Assembly: GCA_043228905.1 (NCBI GenBank) | Contig: JBHGNT010000003.1 | Location: 12,772,001 to 12,836,000, forward strand | Source of the DNA: Azolla caroliniana | Taxonomy: Eukaryota; Plantae; Polypodiophyta | DNA length: 64,000 nucleotides | Direction of reading: 5' to 3' | Shown: positions 47,408 to 59,179 of the stretch, one piece after another | How positions within the stretch are numbered: the stretch's first letter is position 1 | Layout: each line of letters starts with the position of its first letter | The notes under the pieces: generated by a model | What the model saw: the letters and a program-made list of their open reading frames with translations, nothing else | Databases searched by the model: none | What the model was told of the DNA's origin: nothing | Position numbers and translations under genes: made by a program

Positions 47408-50400
47408 TGTCGTGCCTTTCGGCTCCGGATCGTTGTGTGAGTCGGGTGGGAACCACTGGGGTTTTGGACTAGGAGGAAAGAAAATTCTAAGGCAATTAAG
47501 AATATGAAATATATTGTAAGAAAGAAAGATATGAAAACCTCGTGAATCCCACGAGTATAGTGTATTAATGAGTAATCAAATTAAGAGAGAAAGAATAGTT
47601 AGCAAATTCGTGAATCCCACGATTATCTTATATTAATCTACCCTTGTAAAATAATCAACAACCTCTATACATCTTTCTTTCTTCCTTATATAGTGTTGGA
47701 AGAGTCTAAGTTTATCACATGCAAGCATCATGCTTTTCCTATCTTTCGTTTTCATGCACACTATATGTGCATGATTAGCTTTCTAACTCATCTTTTCTTT
47801 TAACTCGAGTGTCTATGCATGAATAACTTTTTGTACCATGCATGTCTAGAAATTTTACATGGGATAAAGTTTAGTATAACTTTAAAATTCATAATACGCT
47901 AGTATAATGATAAGGCTTAACATTATTAACATGGAGGTGCAAGGTTCAAATCTTGCCCTATGCATGTAATATATATATATTTTTATACTTTCTTCTATTT
48001 ACAAATATGTCTCTTCATCCGGTGAGAGACTCTCACCGGCCTTCTTCATCCGGCTCTTTCCGGTTTTGCTTCATCCGGTGGTTGCTAGTTTTCTTTGTCC
48101 GTTTCCTACCGGGACCTCCTTACCGATCTCTTCGTCCGTTTCTCACCGACTCTCACCAGCCTTCTTCATCTGGCTCTTGCCAGGTCTCCTTACTGGTTTC
48201 GGTCCTTACCGGTTCTCACCGGGTACTCCATGCCCTATCCGGAGAGACCAAAATGTAATTTTTCACGTAGTGTGCAAATTACTCTATGAGACTCGCCCCC
48301 TCCTAACCTGCACATCCTCCGGTATGTGCCGAAGTCCCCGATGCTTGCTATTCACCTTCATCCGAAGGTTCCTCCGATTCTCCCCTTAAGTCGACTATGA
48401 GTTCTAATCCACTTTCTTCGCTTTCCGCATCACCGCGATCTTCGTCCAATTGCTCCTTCTTGTCGGTCTTGTCTAGGATCACATAGGGTTCTTCTTCAGT
48501 CCGCTTCTTGAAAATCTTCACCCGTTTCCTAGCTATAGGCACTCGTAGTGTCGTTCCATCCAACTCGCATAGTCGGTAAGTTCTGTTATCAAAAACTTTC
48601 CAAACCTCATATGGCCCGAACCATCTTTTCGCAAACTTCCGCATCGTTGTATGTTGATGATCCAAACTACTGTCGTAGACAATCACCCAATCTCCTTCTT
48701 CAATCTTCCGCGGTCGTAGTCGGTGCTTTGTGTCGAACCGGCTTTTATTCCGGAATCGCGCTTCTTGTTGTCGGCGTATCGCTTCCGCTATGTCTTCCGG
48801 TCTTCCCTCTAGTTGTCGTATCCGGACCGCTAGTAGTTCTTCCCGGCTCATCTCTTCCTTCCATGGTAGCATTGTCCATGTCGCGATTGTGGTTTCCGTC
48901 GGCATTATCGGTGCTTGTCCGGTCATAAGTTTTGCTGGCATGTAACCGGTTACGGAGCTATGTGTCGTCCGATCTGCCCATACTGCATACGGAAGCATCT
49001 GTGGACAATCCTTCACCCTTCCATCGCATGCCTTCGCAAGTGCTTTGACAATCGGACTATGTCCTTGTTCGATCTTCCCGTTGGCTTCCGGATTGTATGC
49101 CGTTGTCAGTGTTAACCGAACTCCATGTCTAGTGAAGAATTCCTTAGCTTTATCAGAGTCGAGTTCTCCCCGATCCGCAATCACTTGTCCTACGCACCCG
49201 TACCTGCAAAACACTTCTTCCAAAAGGAATTGGCATACCGTAGAACACGTTTTCCTCCGTAGCGCCCAACCTTCTACTTGGTTTGTGAGATCTTCCCGAG
49301 CTAACACCAAGTACTTCTTTTGTCCGATCCAGGTTGGCATGGCTACAATATCGACCATCCATTTGAAGTTGATTGTTGGTGAGAATGTTGGATGTAGCTC
49401 ATCTCGGTGTCGAACTCCGGAGTAGATTTGACACTTCTCGCAACTTTTCGTAAACTCCGCTATATCTTTGTACATGTTCTTCCACCAATATTTTTGTTTG
49501 ATTTTCACAAAAGTTGCCCATGTTCCTCGATGTCCAACCCAATCGGATTCGTGAAATTCGGACATTATCCGGTTTCGTTGCTCTTTCGTCCCGACTACTC
49601 GAAGTGGTATGCCATCCGGTCTTTTCGGCTCCCTCCATAGTAATCCCATTTTCAAGAAGAACTTTCGGACTTGCCATTTCTTACTTTGGATCTCAGCTCT
49701 CTTCTCTTTATTGTCTGATGATTCCTCGATTTCTCGTAGCATTTTCCCGATCAACAAGCTTTCTCCTTCATATTCTTCTTCCCGGAATTCTTGGATTACG
49801 TCCACCCGGCATATGTGCTCCGAAGCAAAGTAGTCTTCGGAAACTTCTTCATTATCGGATTCAGTTATGTCATCTCCGAACCGCGCCCTTGATAGCATAT
49901 CCGCTACAACATTGTCTTTTCCGGAGATGTCTCTTACCTCCGGATTAAGTGACTTAACATATGCAATCCATCTTAGCATAGCCACATCCGGTATCGTGCA
50001 ACACCGCATCATCCCGAGTATCGGAAGACAATCCGTTTCGATCACTACTTCGGCTCCGATCAAATAATCTTGATCCGATTTGATTGCCTACACGATTCCC
50101 CATAATTCTCTTTTAACTTGTGCATATCCGCGTTGCCTTTCATTGAGAACCTTTGCTCCGAATCGGATCGGATATCGCGAACCTTCTGGATCAGCTTGAT
50201 TGATGACCCATCCGATTCCGGTTGGACTTGTGTCAACCGTTACTATGATCGGTTGGTCATAGTTCGGCTTCTTTAGTGCTTCTGCCCTCCGTAGTGATTT
50301 CTTGAGCTTCTTCATGGCTTTGGTATGCTCTGGTTTCCAGTCAAACTTCTTACCGTTCCGCAATAAGTGATAGAGTGGGTCTGCTATATGTGCATAGTGC

Positions 50401-53400
50401 GGAATCCATATGTGGTAGAATGCACATGCTCCAAGAAACCTTCGAACTTCGGATTGTGACTCGCATACTTCTTTCTTAGCTTGAATTGCATCGATCTTGG
50501 TTGGTGATGATCTTCGGCCATAGGGCCCACATAGATGTCCGACTACCAATATTTCTTCTTGTCTGAATGCCGATTTCTCTCCGGAAAGTGTTAGATGCAC
50601 ATCTTCTAACTTCCGTAACACTTTCTCACAATCATGGATATGATTGACTACAAACCTTCGGCATCCCCGTTCATCCATAGCTTCATCTTTTTCTTCCACC
50701 GCACACCCTTTCATCGGAATGTCATCTAGGAACGACATTGTTATCTCCGGTATGCAATCCCAGAGCACCTTGTTCATCGCATTCATCATATGTGCGACTG
50801 AGTTCGTTGCGCCTTGTGGTAGCGTACACATCCGGACTAATCCTATCGGTGTTCACATGGTAGTGATTTCTCGGCTCTCCACGGCTAGTTGGAATTGGTC
50901 ATATCCGGAGTATAGGTCTCCGATGGAGTATATCGTGCGACCAGCAAATGCTTCCACAAATTCGTCCACTATCGGACCGACTCCGGAGTTTCGGATCGTG
51001 ACCTTGTTTACCGGTTGCAAATCTTGAATAAATCAGAGTGACCCATTCTTCTTCGGAACCGTAAACCATCTATTTGAGTACGGAGCATTTGATGGCTCTA
51101 GAATTCCCATCGCCAACTTCTCCTTGAGCATTTGATTTTCGGAATATGCGCCCGTGGCACCGGAATCGGCTTCAGGTTCCACGGCACACGGTCAATCGTG
51201 AAGATCACCATCGGCTCCACTATCTTCGGGTCAGCGCATCCTATCTCCTTCGATGTAAATGCAAATGATCTCCCATGTCGCTCTAGCATCCCACGGAATC
51301 ATTCTTCTTCATTCTTTAATAGGAACCCACCTCCACTGATCCAAAGTTTCTTCCGAGTCTCATCCGTGAAGGCATGTCTGATATCCATGGACTTCCAAAG
51401 TGTCGGATCCCCCGAGACTTCTTTCCTCTTTTGATCGCTATCTGCGGGTAACAGTCCCGCGGCTGGTTTCACTTTCTTCTCCACGGTCTTGTATTTCGTA
51501 CTTACCATTGCTTCTTCTTTGCGGAGTGCATCCGGCCCCATTTTGACAATGATCTCGTACATCTCGATCGACTCCATCGGAATTACCCGGTGTCCCTGGC
51601 GTGTATCTTCCGCGAGCTCTTCAAGCCGTTGTAGTGTGCTCCCATAGAACACCTCTTCAACTATTCCCACGATTTCTTCGTCTTCTTTTATTATTGATGC
51701 CGACCGTAGCTTATCCTCCACTTTTCGGTATTCTTTCTTCATTCCTCCGATTACGGCCGTGTACGTGGATGCCCCATCCGGACAGATTCGTACTTGTTTT
51801 GCACCGAGAGGTTTCTTCCTGTGTGGGGTATCAGGTCTTCTCGGACTATCACTTCCCCACTCCGCAACAATCCGCTCTAAAAATCCATTCTTGTTTGGGA
51901 CAAGAGCTCTTTCTTGTTCCTTTCATGATTTTCCGGCACCGTTAGGAATTGGACGGATTTCCCTCCGTTTTGGCTCCGAATTCGCGCAAAAGCACCTTCG
52001 TCTCCATCCGTGATGCTGTGATAAAAGGTTGCCCGAGGATCACGGAGTGTGAGACCTTGTCTTGTACGAAGAAATTTTGGTCAATCTCGACATCCCCGAT
52101 CTTCACCGTCACATCCGGACAAGCCGCAAATAGATCTTCCGTTGCTTTAGTGGCCGCCCGGATCTTCCACCCATGATTCGTGTTAATAGGCCACTTACCC
52201 TTTCGGTAGAATTCCTTGGACATCAAGTTGATCTCCGATCCGTGATCAATCAATGCTAGCACGGGTTCTTTGATGTTACCGATTCGCACCGGAGTCTCCA
52301 TAGTTGCGTGTGCCCAGTGTGGCTTTGTGTAGTGAGAATTCGGTATTTCGTCCTCCAATTCGGTGTCATTCATTAGAACGGTATTTGCATTCACCCTTGG
52401 AGCGTTCTCCTCCGTACTTTGCCTTTTTCTCTTCACGAGATCCACAAGAAGATCGTGGAACTCCTTCTTCGCTATTCCGAGTAATTCTCGAAGCGCAAAA
52501 TCTACCCGGCTATCGAGGATTCTCTCCTCGAACACCTTTTTCAAGTCCGTTTGTTGTTCGATGTCCGAGGCGAGCTTGAATGCCAGAATCATCTTTTCTT
52601 TTCCCTTACCTCCGGAGTTCCAGCTTTCCAGTGTCTTCGATGGACCGGCCCCCTCATCCGTGCGCCGTCGCTTCTCATCTACATACACTTCATGCAATTG
52701 GCATAAAGCAAACACGCTATTTTTATCGACGGGGCACTCCCATCCCGTAGCTTCCCAGATGCCTTCCGCGGTGCTTCGGATCTCGTTAGAGTCAGTTTTG
52801 TCAGTGTTTTCTAGCACTTCCGGCCAAAAAGACACCTTTGATCCCGATGACTCCCCGACACGTATTCCCGCAGTTGTTGCGTAATTGTTCTTCGCCGCTA
52901 TTTCCTCCTCTAGGATCTTCTTCATGCCGCCTTTCTGGAAGTTCAGTCGGAGTGGCTTCCGAGAGTCCATCGAATGAATCCGATTTCCCTCGTAGTAGAT
53001 AAGATCCCGTCGTAACGCCTCCTTGTCTCATCGCAATCCCTCCGATCATGTTCAGTGTTATCGCACCACATGCATCGACGGTCCATATACTTGGAACTTG
53101 TGGGACGGTCATACGACTTCTTCACGATCGCGATTTTTAGATTCTCCATCTCCTTCAGCAACTGCTCCACCGTAGTTGCGTCGATTCCCTTCTTAGTCGT
53201 AGCTTCCCGAGCTTGCGGTTGATGGTCTTCCGATATGGATCTCGGTTTCGAAATCGGTTTCGAAACCCTCTTTTCTTCGTTGGCAAGACATTGCCCCCTC
53301 TTTGTGTATCGTGCGATGATATCTCGCACACTTTCCCATGTTTTGGTGAGGCCGCTCTCGGTAGTCATGTCCTCTAGAAGCACTCCAAGATCCTTCCGGT

Positions 53401-54837
53401 CTAGGACGTCTACGGCTCGTAAGAACATGATAACTTTGTCTGGTGCGAGGATAGCTTGATCTCTCGCAGACAACCTCCCAAACTGACTTTCCAATGACGA
53501 AAACACATCGAGGACCTTCATCCCCTTGTCCGGCGTTTCTACCCAATCCTCTAATCATCTCCGCGTTGCCTTGGAGGAGTCCTCGATAGCGAACGTGGTC
53601 TTTAGCGCCTCTTCAAACGCTTCCCACATCGGATTTTGTTGTCGTAGCCCGTGGATACTTACTTGAAGCCCGTCAGTAGCCACCCGGTTGAAGGATGCCA
53701 CTTGGAGTCCTTCCAAAATCCCGCACCGTAGCATTTCCGCCTTGTAGTCCCGAAGATAGCGTGATACATCCTTTTCGTTGAATTGCCCGCTCCGTTGCAC
53801 GAGCCACTCTACTGCCGCCGCTATCTCTGACATCGCACGTTGTTCCTGAAGCATCCGCTCAAACATCATCATCATGTTGTTAGCCTCCGGTTGATTTTCC
53901 ATCTCCTTGCCACCCTTGTTCACGTTGGCTTCACCACTTGTGTCGTGCCTTTCGGCTCCGGATCGTTGCGTGAGTCGGGTGGGAACCACTGGGGTTTTGG
54001 ACTAGGAGGAAAGAAAATTCTAAGGCAATTAAGAATATGAAATATATTGTAAGAAAGAAAGATATGAAAACCTCGTGAATCCAACGAGTATAGTGTATTA
54101 GTTAGTAATCAAATTAAGAGAGAAAGAATAGTTAGCAAATTCGTGAATCCCACAATTATCTTATATTAATCCACCCTTGTAAAATAATCAACAACCTCTA
54201 TACATCTTTCTTTCTTCCTTATATAGTGTTGGAAGAGTCTAAGTTTATCACATGCAAGCATCATGCTTTTCCTATCTTTAGTTTTCATACACACTATATG
54301 TGCATGATTAGCTTTCTATCTCATCTTCTCTTTTAACTCGAGTGTCTATGCATGAATAACTTTTTGTACCATGCATGTCTAGAAATTTTACATGGGATAA
54401 AGTTTAGTATAACTTTAAAATTCATAATACGCTAGTATAATGATAAGGCTTAACATTATTAACATGGAGGTGCAAGGTTCAAATCTTGTCCTATGCATGT
54501 AATTCATATATATTTTTATACTTTCTTCTATTTACAAATATGTCTCTTCATCCGGTGAGAGACTCTCATCGGCCTTCTTCATCCGGCTCTTTCCGGTTCT
54601 GCTTCATCCGGTGGTTGCTAGTTTTCTTTGTCCAGTTCTTACCGGGACCTCCTTACCGATCTCTTCGTCCGTTTCTCACCGACTCTCACCGGCCTTCTTC
54701 ATCCGGCTCTTGCCGGGTCTCCTTACCAGTTTCGGTCCTTACCGGTTCCTTCTTCCGGTTCTCACCGGGTACTCCATGCCCTATCCGGAGAGACCAAAAT
54801 GTAATTTTTCACGTAGTGTGCGAATTACACTACGACA
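47408..54837 (-). mobile_element. Degenerate Ty3/gypsy element 9 (no chromodomain), 4-bp TSD
   Basis: LTRs 47408-48291 and 53941-54837, TSD ACGT, PBS TGGTGAAGCCAACGTGA (tRNA-Trp-like), PPT GGAGGGGGCGAG; gag-PR-RT-RH-IN order. Confidence 0.94.
48348..53902 (-). pseudogene. gag-pol: Disrupted gypsy gag-pol of element 9
   Basis: CMWCDNTEHDRRDC, ALIDHGSEINLM, LPQGATNS..FLDD, VDTSPTGIGW, DRGELD..TTAYNPEANGKIE, WFGPY. Confidence 0.9.
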
Positions 54838-57518
54838 ACGTAATGCACCATTGGAGTTGGTGCATACCGATGTGTGTGAAGTGGATACGAAGTCACATGC
54901 CGGAGCGGAGTACTTCGTGACGTTCATAGATGACCACAGCCGGAAGCTGTGAGCCACACCGTTGAAGACGAAGGATCAGGTGTTATCCGTCTTCAAGGAG
55001 CTCCACGCAAGAGTGGAAAGAGAAACAGTTCGGAAGCTGAAGGCAGTTCGAGGAGCACTGCCGCTCGAAGGGAATCCGGCTCAAATTTACCGAGTCGAAG
55101 ACGCCGGAACTCAATGGGCTGGCCGAGAGGATGAACCGGACCATAATGGAGAGGGTCTAGAGTATGCTAGCACATGGAAAGTTACCGAAGACGTTTTGGG
55201 TTGAGGCGTTGGCGACAACAACGTACGTGATAAACAGATCAACCTTAGTGCCCTTGGACGGAGACACGCCGCAGAGAGTGTGGACACTCGAAGAGCCAGT
55301 TGACACTCGAAGAACCGGCCGGTTACGGAGATGAAACCAAACCGACTGAAGAAGAAGAAGAAGCAGAAACCGGAACCAGCCAAGACCCCGAATTGGATTT
55401 GGATGAAGAACAAACAGAGGAGCCGATTGCCGAAAGCCAAAGACGCAGATATCCTCTCAAAGAGAGAAGGGTCCCTCAGAGATTTCCGGATGTAGAGCGT
55501 GTGTTGCTAACCGATGAGGGGGAGCTGGAAAGCTTCGAAGAAGCAAAGGAGGACACCCACAACCGCAAGTGGTTGAGTGCCATGCAGGACGAGATGGATT
55601 CCCTGCATGTGAACCAGACATATGAATTGGTGGAGTTGCCGAAAGGAAAGGGGGCACTCCGAAACAATTGGGTGTACAAGTTGAAACTGGGAGATGGCGG
55701 CAACCCCCAGGGATACAAAGCCAAGATCGTGGTGAAGGGGTTCCAACAGAAGAAGGGAGTGGACTTCGACGAGATATTTGCCCCGATAGTAAAGATCACT
55801 TCCATCTGGATGGTGTTGAGCATAGCGGCAAGCATGGATCTCGAGGTAGAGTAGCTAGACGTGAAGACGATGTTCCTCCACGACGACCTGGAAGAGGAGA
55901 TCTACATGCAGCAACCGAAGGGATTTGTGAAGAAAGGGAAGGAGCACCTGGTTTGCCGGTTGAAGAAGAGCCTCTACAGTTTGAAGCAGGCTCCCCGGCA
56001 ATGGTACCGGAAGTTTGACTCCTTCATGAAGGATCAAGGATACCACAAGATGTAGACCGATCATTGCGTGTTTGTGAAGAAGTTTGAAGGTGGAGACTTC
56101 TTGATACTCCTCCTGTACATGGACAACATGCTGATCATCGGACGAGACCAAGTCAAGATACGGATGCTGAAGAAGGTTCTGAACCGGACCTTCTCAATGA
56201 AAGACTTGGGTCCAGCAAGACAAATGTTGGGGATGCACATCATCCGGGACCTATCAAAGAAGTAATTGTGGCCGTCACAAGAGAAATACGTGACAAAGGT
56301 GCTTCAGTGGTTCAACATGTCAGATGCGAAATCGGTCGGATCAACACTCCTGACAAACTATAGGTTATCTGGTAAGCAAAGCCCGAAGACGAAGACAAAG
56401 AAGGACGATATGATGAAGATACCATATGCCTCTGCCGTCGGGAGCTTAATGTATGCAATGGTGTGTACCCGATCGGATATCGGATACGTAGTAAGAGTGG
56501 TAAGCCGGTTTATGAGCAATCTCGACAAGCAGCACTAGAATGCGGTAAAGTGGATACTCTCGTACTTGAAAGGCACCTCAAGTATGCGTCTCCGATTCGG
56601 CTCTGGTAAACCCCAACTTGATGGTTTCACCGATTCGGATATGTCGGCTGATGTGGATACCAGCCGGTCAACATCGGGATATCTTATGACATATGCAGGG
56701 GGATCTGTTTTGTGGTAGTTGAGGCTGTAGAAGACGGTTGCGTTGTCAACCACGGAGGCGGAGCGGAGTACATGACAGAGACAGAGCGAGTCTCTGTTGT
56801 AACCGCCGCCAGGTGAAGATTGTGATGCGAGCACGAGGTCGTTGCCTCTGTGTTCCCTTGCTGTATTCTCCTTGCATAATGAGAGTTGGAGTTTGGGGAC
56901 TCCCGTGGTTTTTCCCATTTAGGGTTTTCCACGTTAACATCCTGTGCATTCTCTTCTGTCTGTGTACTTACTTCTATTTCTTATCTTAAGGTGTTTTATT
57001 ATCATTGAAGTGATCTAAGTCTCAGTTGTGGCCAAAGATTATTCCGCATTGTTTCTGTTAGTAAAGTGGTGGATGTATGTGAGCGTGGTGAAGACAAGGT
57101 TGATGTAGAGGATGTGTTTGTGAGGTCATCATAATGTGTAGAGTTGGATGGTGTGAAAACACTATCAAGATGTGGGTTAATGTAGTTAGTTTCTTTAGGT
57201 TGGGTAGTTCTTTTATATTGGTTGGTTAGATTTAAAGATGCATTTTTTATTTTACTTTTATTTTTATTAACTTTAAATTTAAATGTTGGTTTCTTATGTA
57301 AACATAGTCGAATGGGAGGAGTACTTGAGCAAAGGAGATGGGAGGAGATGCAAGGGGTTCATGTGTAGGAGAGATCGGAGGAGGTGCAAGGGGCTGGGCT
57401 GATCAGCATGAATAAAAGGGCGAGGAATTACGACATAACGATCGACAACATTGGGGACTTCATCAAAGTGAGAGGCGACGATGATATTCGCGGCTTTCTT
57501 CGATCGATTGCTGGCGGC

Positions 57519-57962
57519 TGTCATGAACACATGACCATTATGGCATTGCCCGGACTTGAACCTTGAACCTTGTAATTCATACTTGAAAACCTCAACCATT
57601 ACGATAGCTTATTGTTATATGAAACAATAAAAGCTACTTCTTATATTACATTGATTATTGTAAAAACTCTAGATTATTCTAGAATGTTCTAGAATGTCCT
57701 AGAGCATTCTAGGTCTAGAACATTCTAGAACATTCTAGAAATCTCTAAGCTATTCTATAGGAACCTATAAATAAGCGCATACATGTATTCTCAAATCAAT
57801 TCGAATCAACACCAGTCTTTAGCTCTCATTACATATCTTGTATCCATTCTCTTTCTTTCTCTATCTTATACATCCATTCTTCTCTTAGTATTTGGTTCCT
57901 TTCTTCTCGTGTTCTCTAATATCCTTCTTCCATCACTCTATCTTTTATCCTTGGTTCTGACA
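57519..57962 (+). repeat. 5' LTR of element 10
   Basis: tgtcatgaac...ttctgaca; TATAAATA at 57766-57773. Confidence 0.94.
57676..57741. promoter_or_regulatory. Heat-shock-element-like nGAAn/nTTCn array in LTR U3
   Basis: aTTCt aGAAt gTTCt aGAAt ... aGAAc aTTCt aGAAc aTTCt aGAAa just upstream of the TATA box; a second copy lies at 63015-63080. Confidence 0.7.
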
Positions 57963-57964
57963 GT

Positions 57965-57976
57965 TTGATTCGAATT
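57965..57976 (+). promoter_or_regulatory. Self-priming PBS (complementary to the LTR R region)
   Basis: TTGATTCGAATT is the exact reverse complement of AATTCGAATCAA at 57798-57809; there is no TGG-starting tRNA PBS. Confidence 0.75.
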
Positions 57977-58018
57977 CTCTCTCTCTCTCTTATCCTCCTT
58001 TGTAACCATCCTGAAACC

Positions 58019-59179
58019 ATGGCTGCCATTAACTCAGAAGAATATCTCACCCTTGTTGCAGAAATGGAGAACCTTAAATCCAAGTTCGCATCTCTTGAAG
58101 TAGAGAATCAACGTCTACTTGGGGATCTACAAAAGGTTACTATAGAGAAGCAACAACAAGAGGAGTTCACGCGACGAGTGCAACAGTTAGAGTCGACAAT
58201 CGTTGTGTTACAACAACAAAGGGTTGAAGGTCAGGGACTTATCAAGGAGCCCAAAATTAGCCTCCCAGCTAAATTTGATGGGTCGAGGGCACATTTCCGA
58301 GGTTTTTTGAATCAAGTACGGTTGGTGATTCAAATGCATCCCGCACGTTATCCAACAGATGCATCACGAGTCGGGCTAGTGGGCACTTTATTGACTGGCA
58401 TAGCGTTGTCATGGTTTGCTCCATTGCTAGAGACCAATTCTCCTCTACTGAATAATTTCGAGGAATTTATCAAGGAATTTAAGGCTTGTTTCGGAGATAC
58501 TGATGGGGCGAGAACAGCTATCAACAAGATTCGTACACTTCGTCAAGGTGATCAACCAGCTTCAACATATGCTGCCAATTTCCGTCTCATCGCAAGAGAT
58601 ATTCCTTGGGATGAACAAGCCCTAATGGAGCAATTCCGTTCAGGTCTTCGTAGTGATGTCAAAGACTTACTTCTTACCTTCCCTAAGGATCCAAGGTCAC
58701 TTACAGAAGCTATTAGTCGAGCAATATGGTGTGATAATCGCCTTTTTGAGCGTCGATGTGAGCGACAACAACAAATAACAAGATCTAGATTCACACCAAC
58801 TTATGCATCAGTAACGGCGCAATCATCCCCAAGGCAAATGTATAGCCCTGCTCCAACTCCAAGGCAAACACGTAGTCCAGTCCCAATGGATAGTCCTACA
58901 CCCATGGAGATCGATATGACTCAACGACGAGGACAGTTGTCAGACGAAGAGAAGCAACGTCGTCGAGCAAACCATCTGTGCTTATATTGTGGAGGTCCAG
59001 GACATATAGCCATTCATTGCTCCCGTAGGCCGAGACGTCAGGTAAATCAAATTCACTATGACAATAAAAATGAGTCCAACATTTTAGAAGTAGTTAGTGA
59101 ATCTAATATTATGAATAATCCACCCTTGTCCAATAAATTTGAAGTCCTAAGCCAATTAGAAGAGGAGTCAAACGAATAA
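58019..59179 (+). CDS. gag: Gag (PEG10/sushi-like capsid with CCHC knuckle)
   Basis: EPKISLPAKFDG, LRQG..YAANF, PMEID, CLYCGGPGHIAIHC; open frame. Confidence 0.92.
   Translation: MAAINSEEYLTLVAEMENLKSKFASLEVENQRLLGDLQKVTIEKQQQEEFTRRVQQLESTIVVLQQQRVEGQGLIKEPKISLPAKFDGSRAHFRGFLNQVRLVIQMHPARYPTDASRVGLVGTLLTGIALSWFAPLLETNSPLLNNFEEFIKEFKACFGDTDGARTAINKIRTLRQGDQPASTYAANFRLIARDIPWDEQALMEQFRSGLRSDVKDLLLTFPKDPRSLTEAISRAIWCDNRLFERRCERQQQITRSRFTPTYASVTAQSSPRQMYSPAPTPRQTRSPVPMDSPTPMEIDMTQRRGQLSDEEKQRRRANHLCLYCGGPGHIAIHCSRRPRRQVNQIHYDNKNESNILEVVSESNIMNNPPLSNKFEVLSQLEEESNE

Larger units (their letters stand above)
39124..57060 (+). mobile_element. Degenerate Ty1/copia element 6 (element 3 family), split by elements 7, 8 and 9
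   Basis: 5' LTR 39124-39729, PBS tagtatcagagc, gag from 39760, pol pieces 46717-47407 and 54842-56777, partial 3' LTR ~56778-57060, TSD GTAAA on both sides. Confidence 0.9.
26908..57240 (-). mobile_element. 5'-truncated Ty1/copia element 5, host of elements 4 and 6
   Basis: Putative 3' LTR 26908-27155 next to a poly-G PPT; RNase H tail 27200-27414 joins in frame to KLACNPKMSD at 37443+; RT fragments to 39123; sequence resumes after TSD GTAAA at 57066. No 5' LTR found. Confidence 0.75.
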
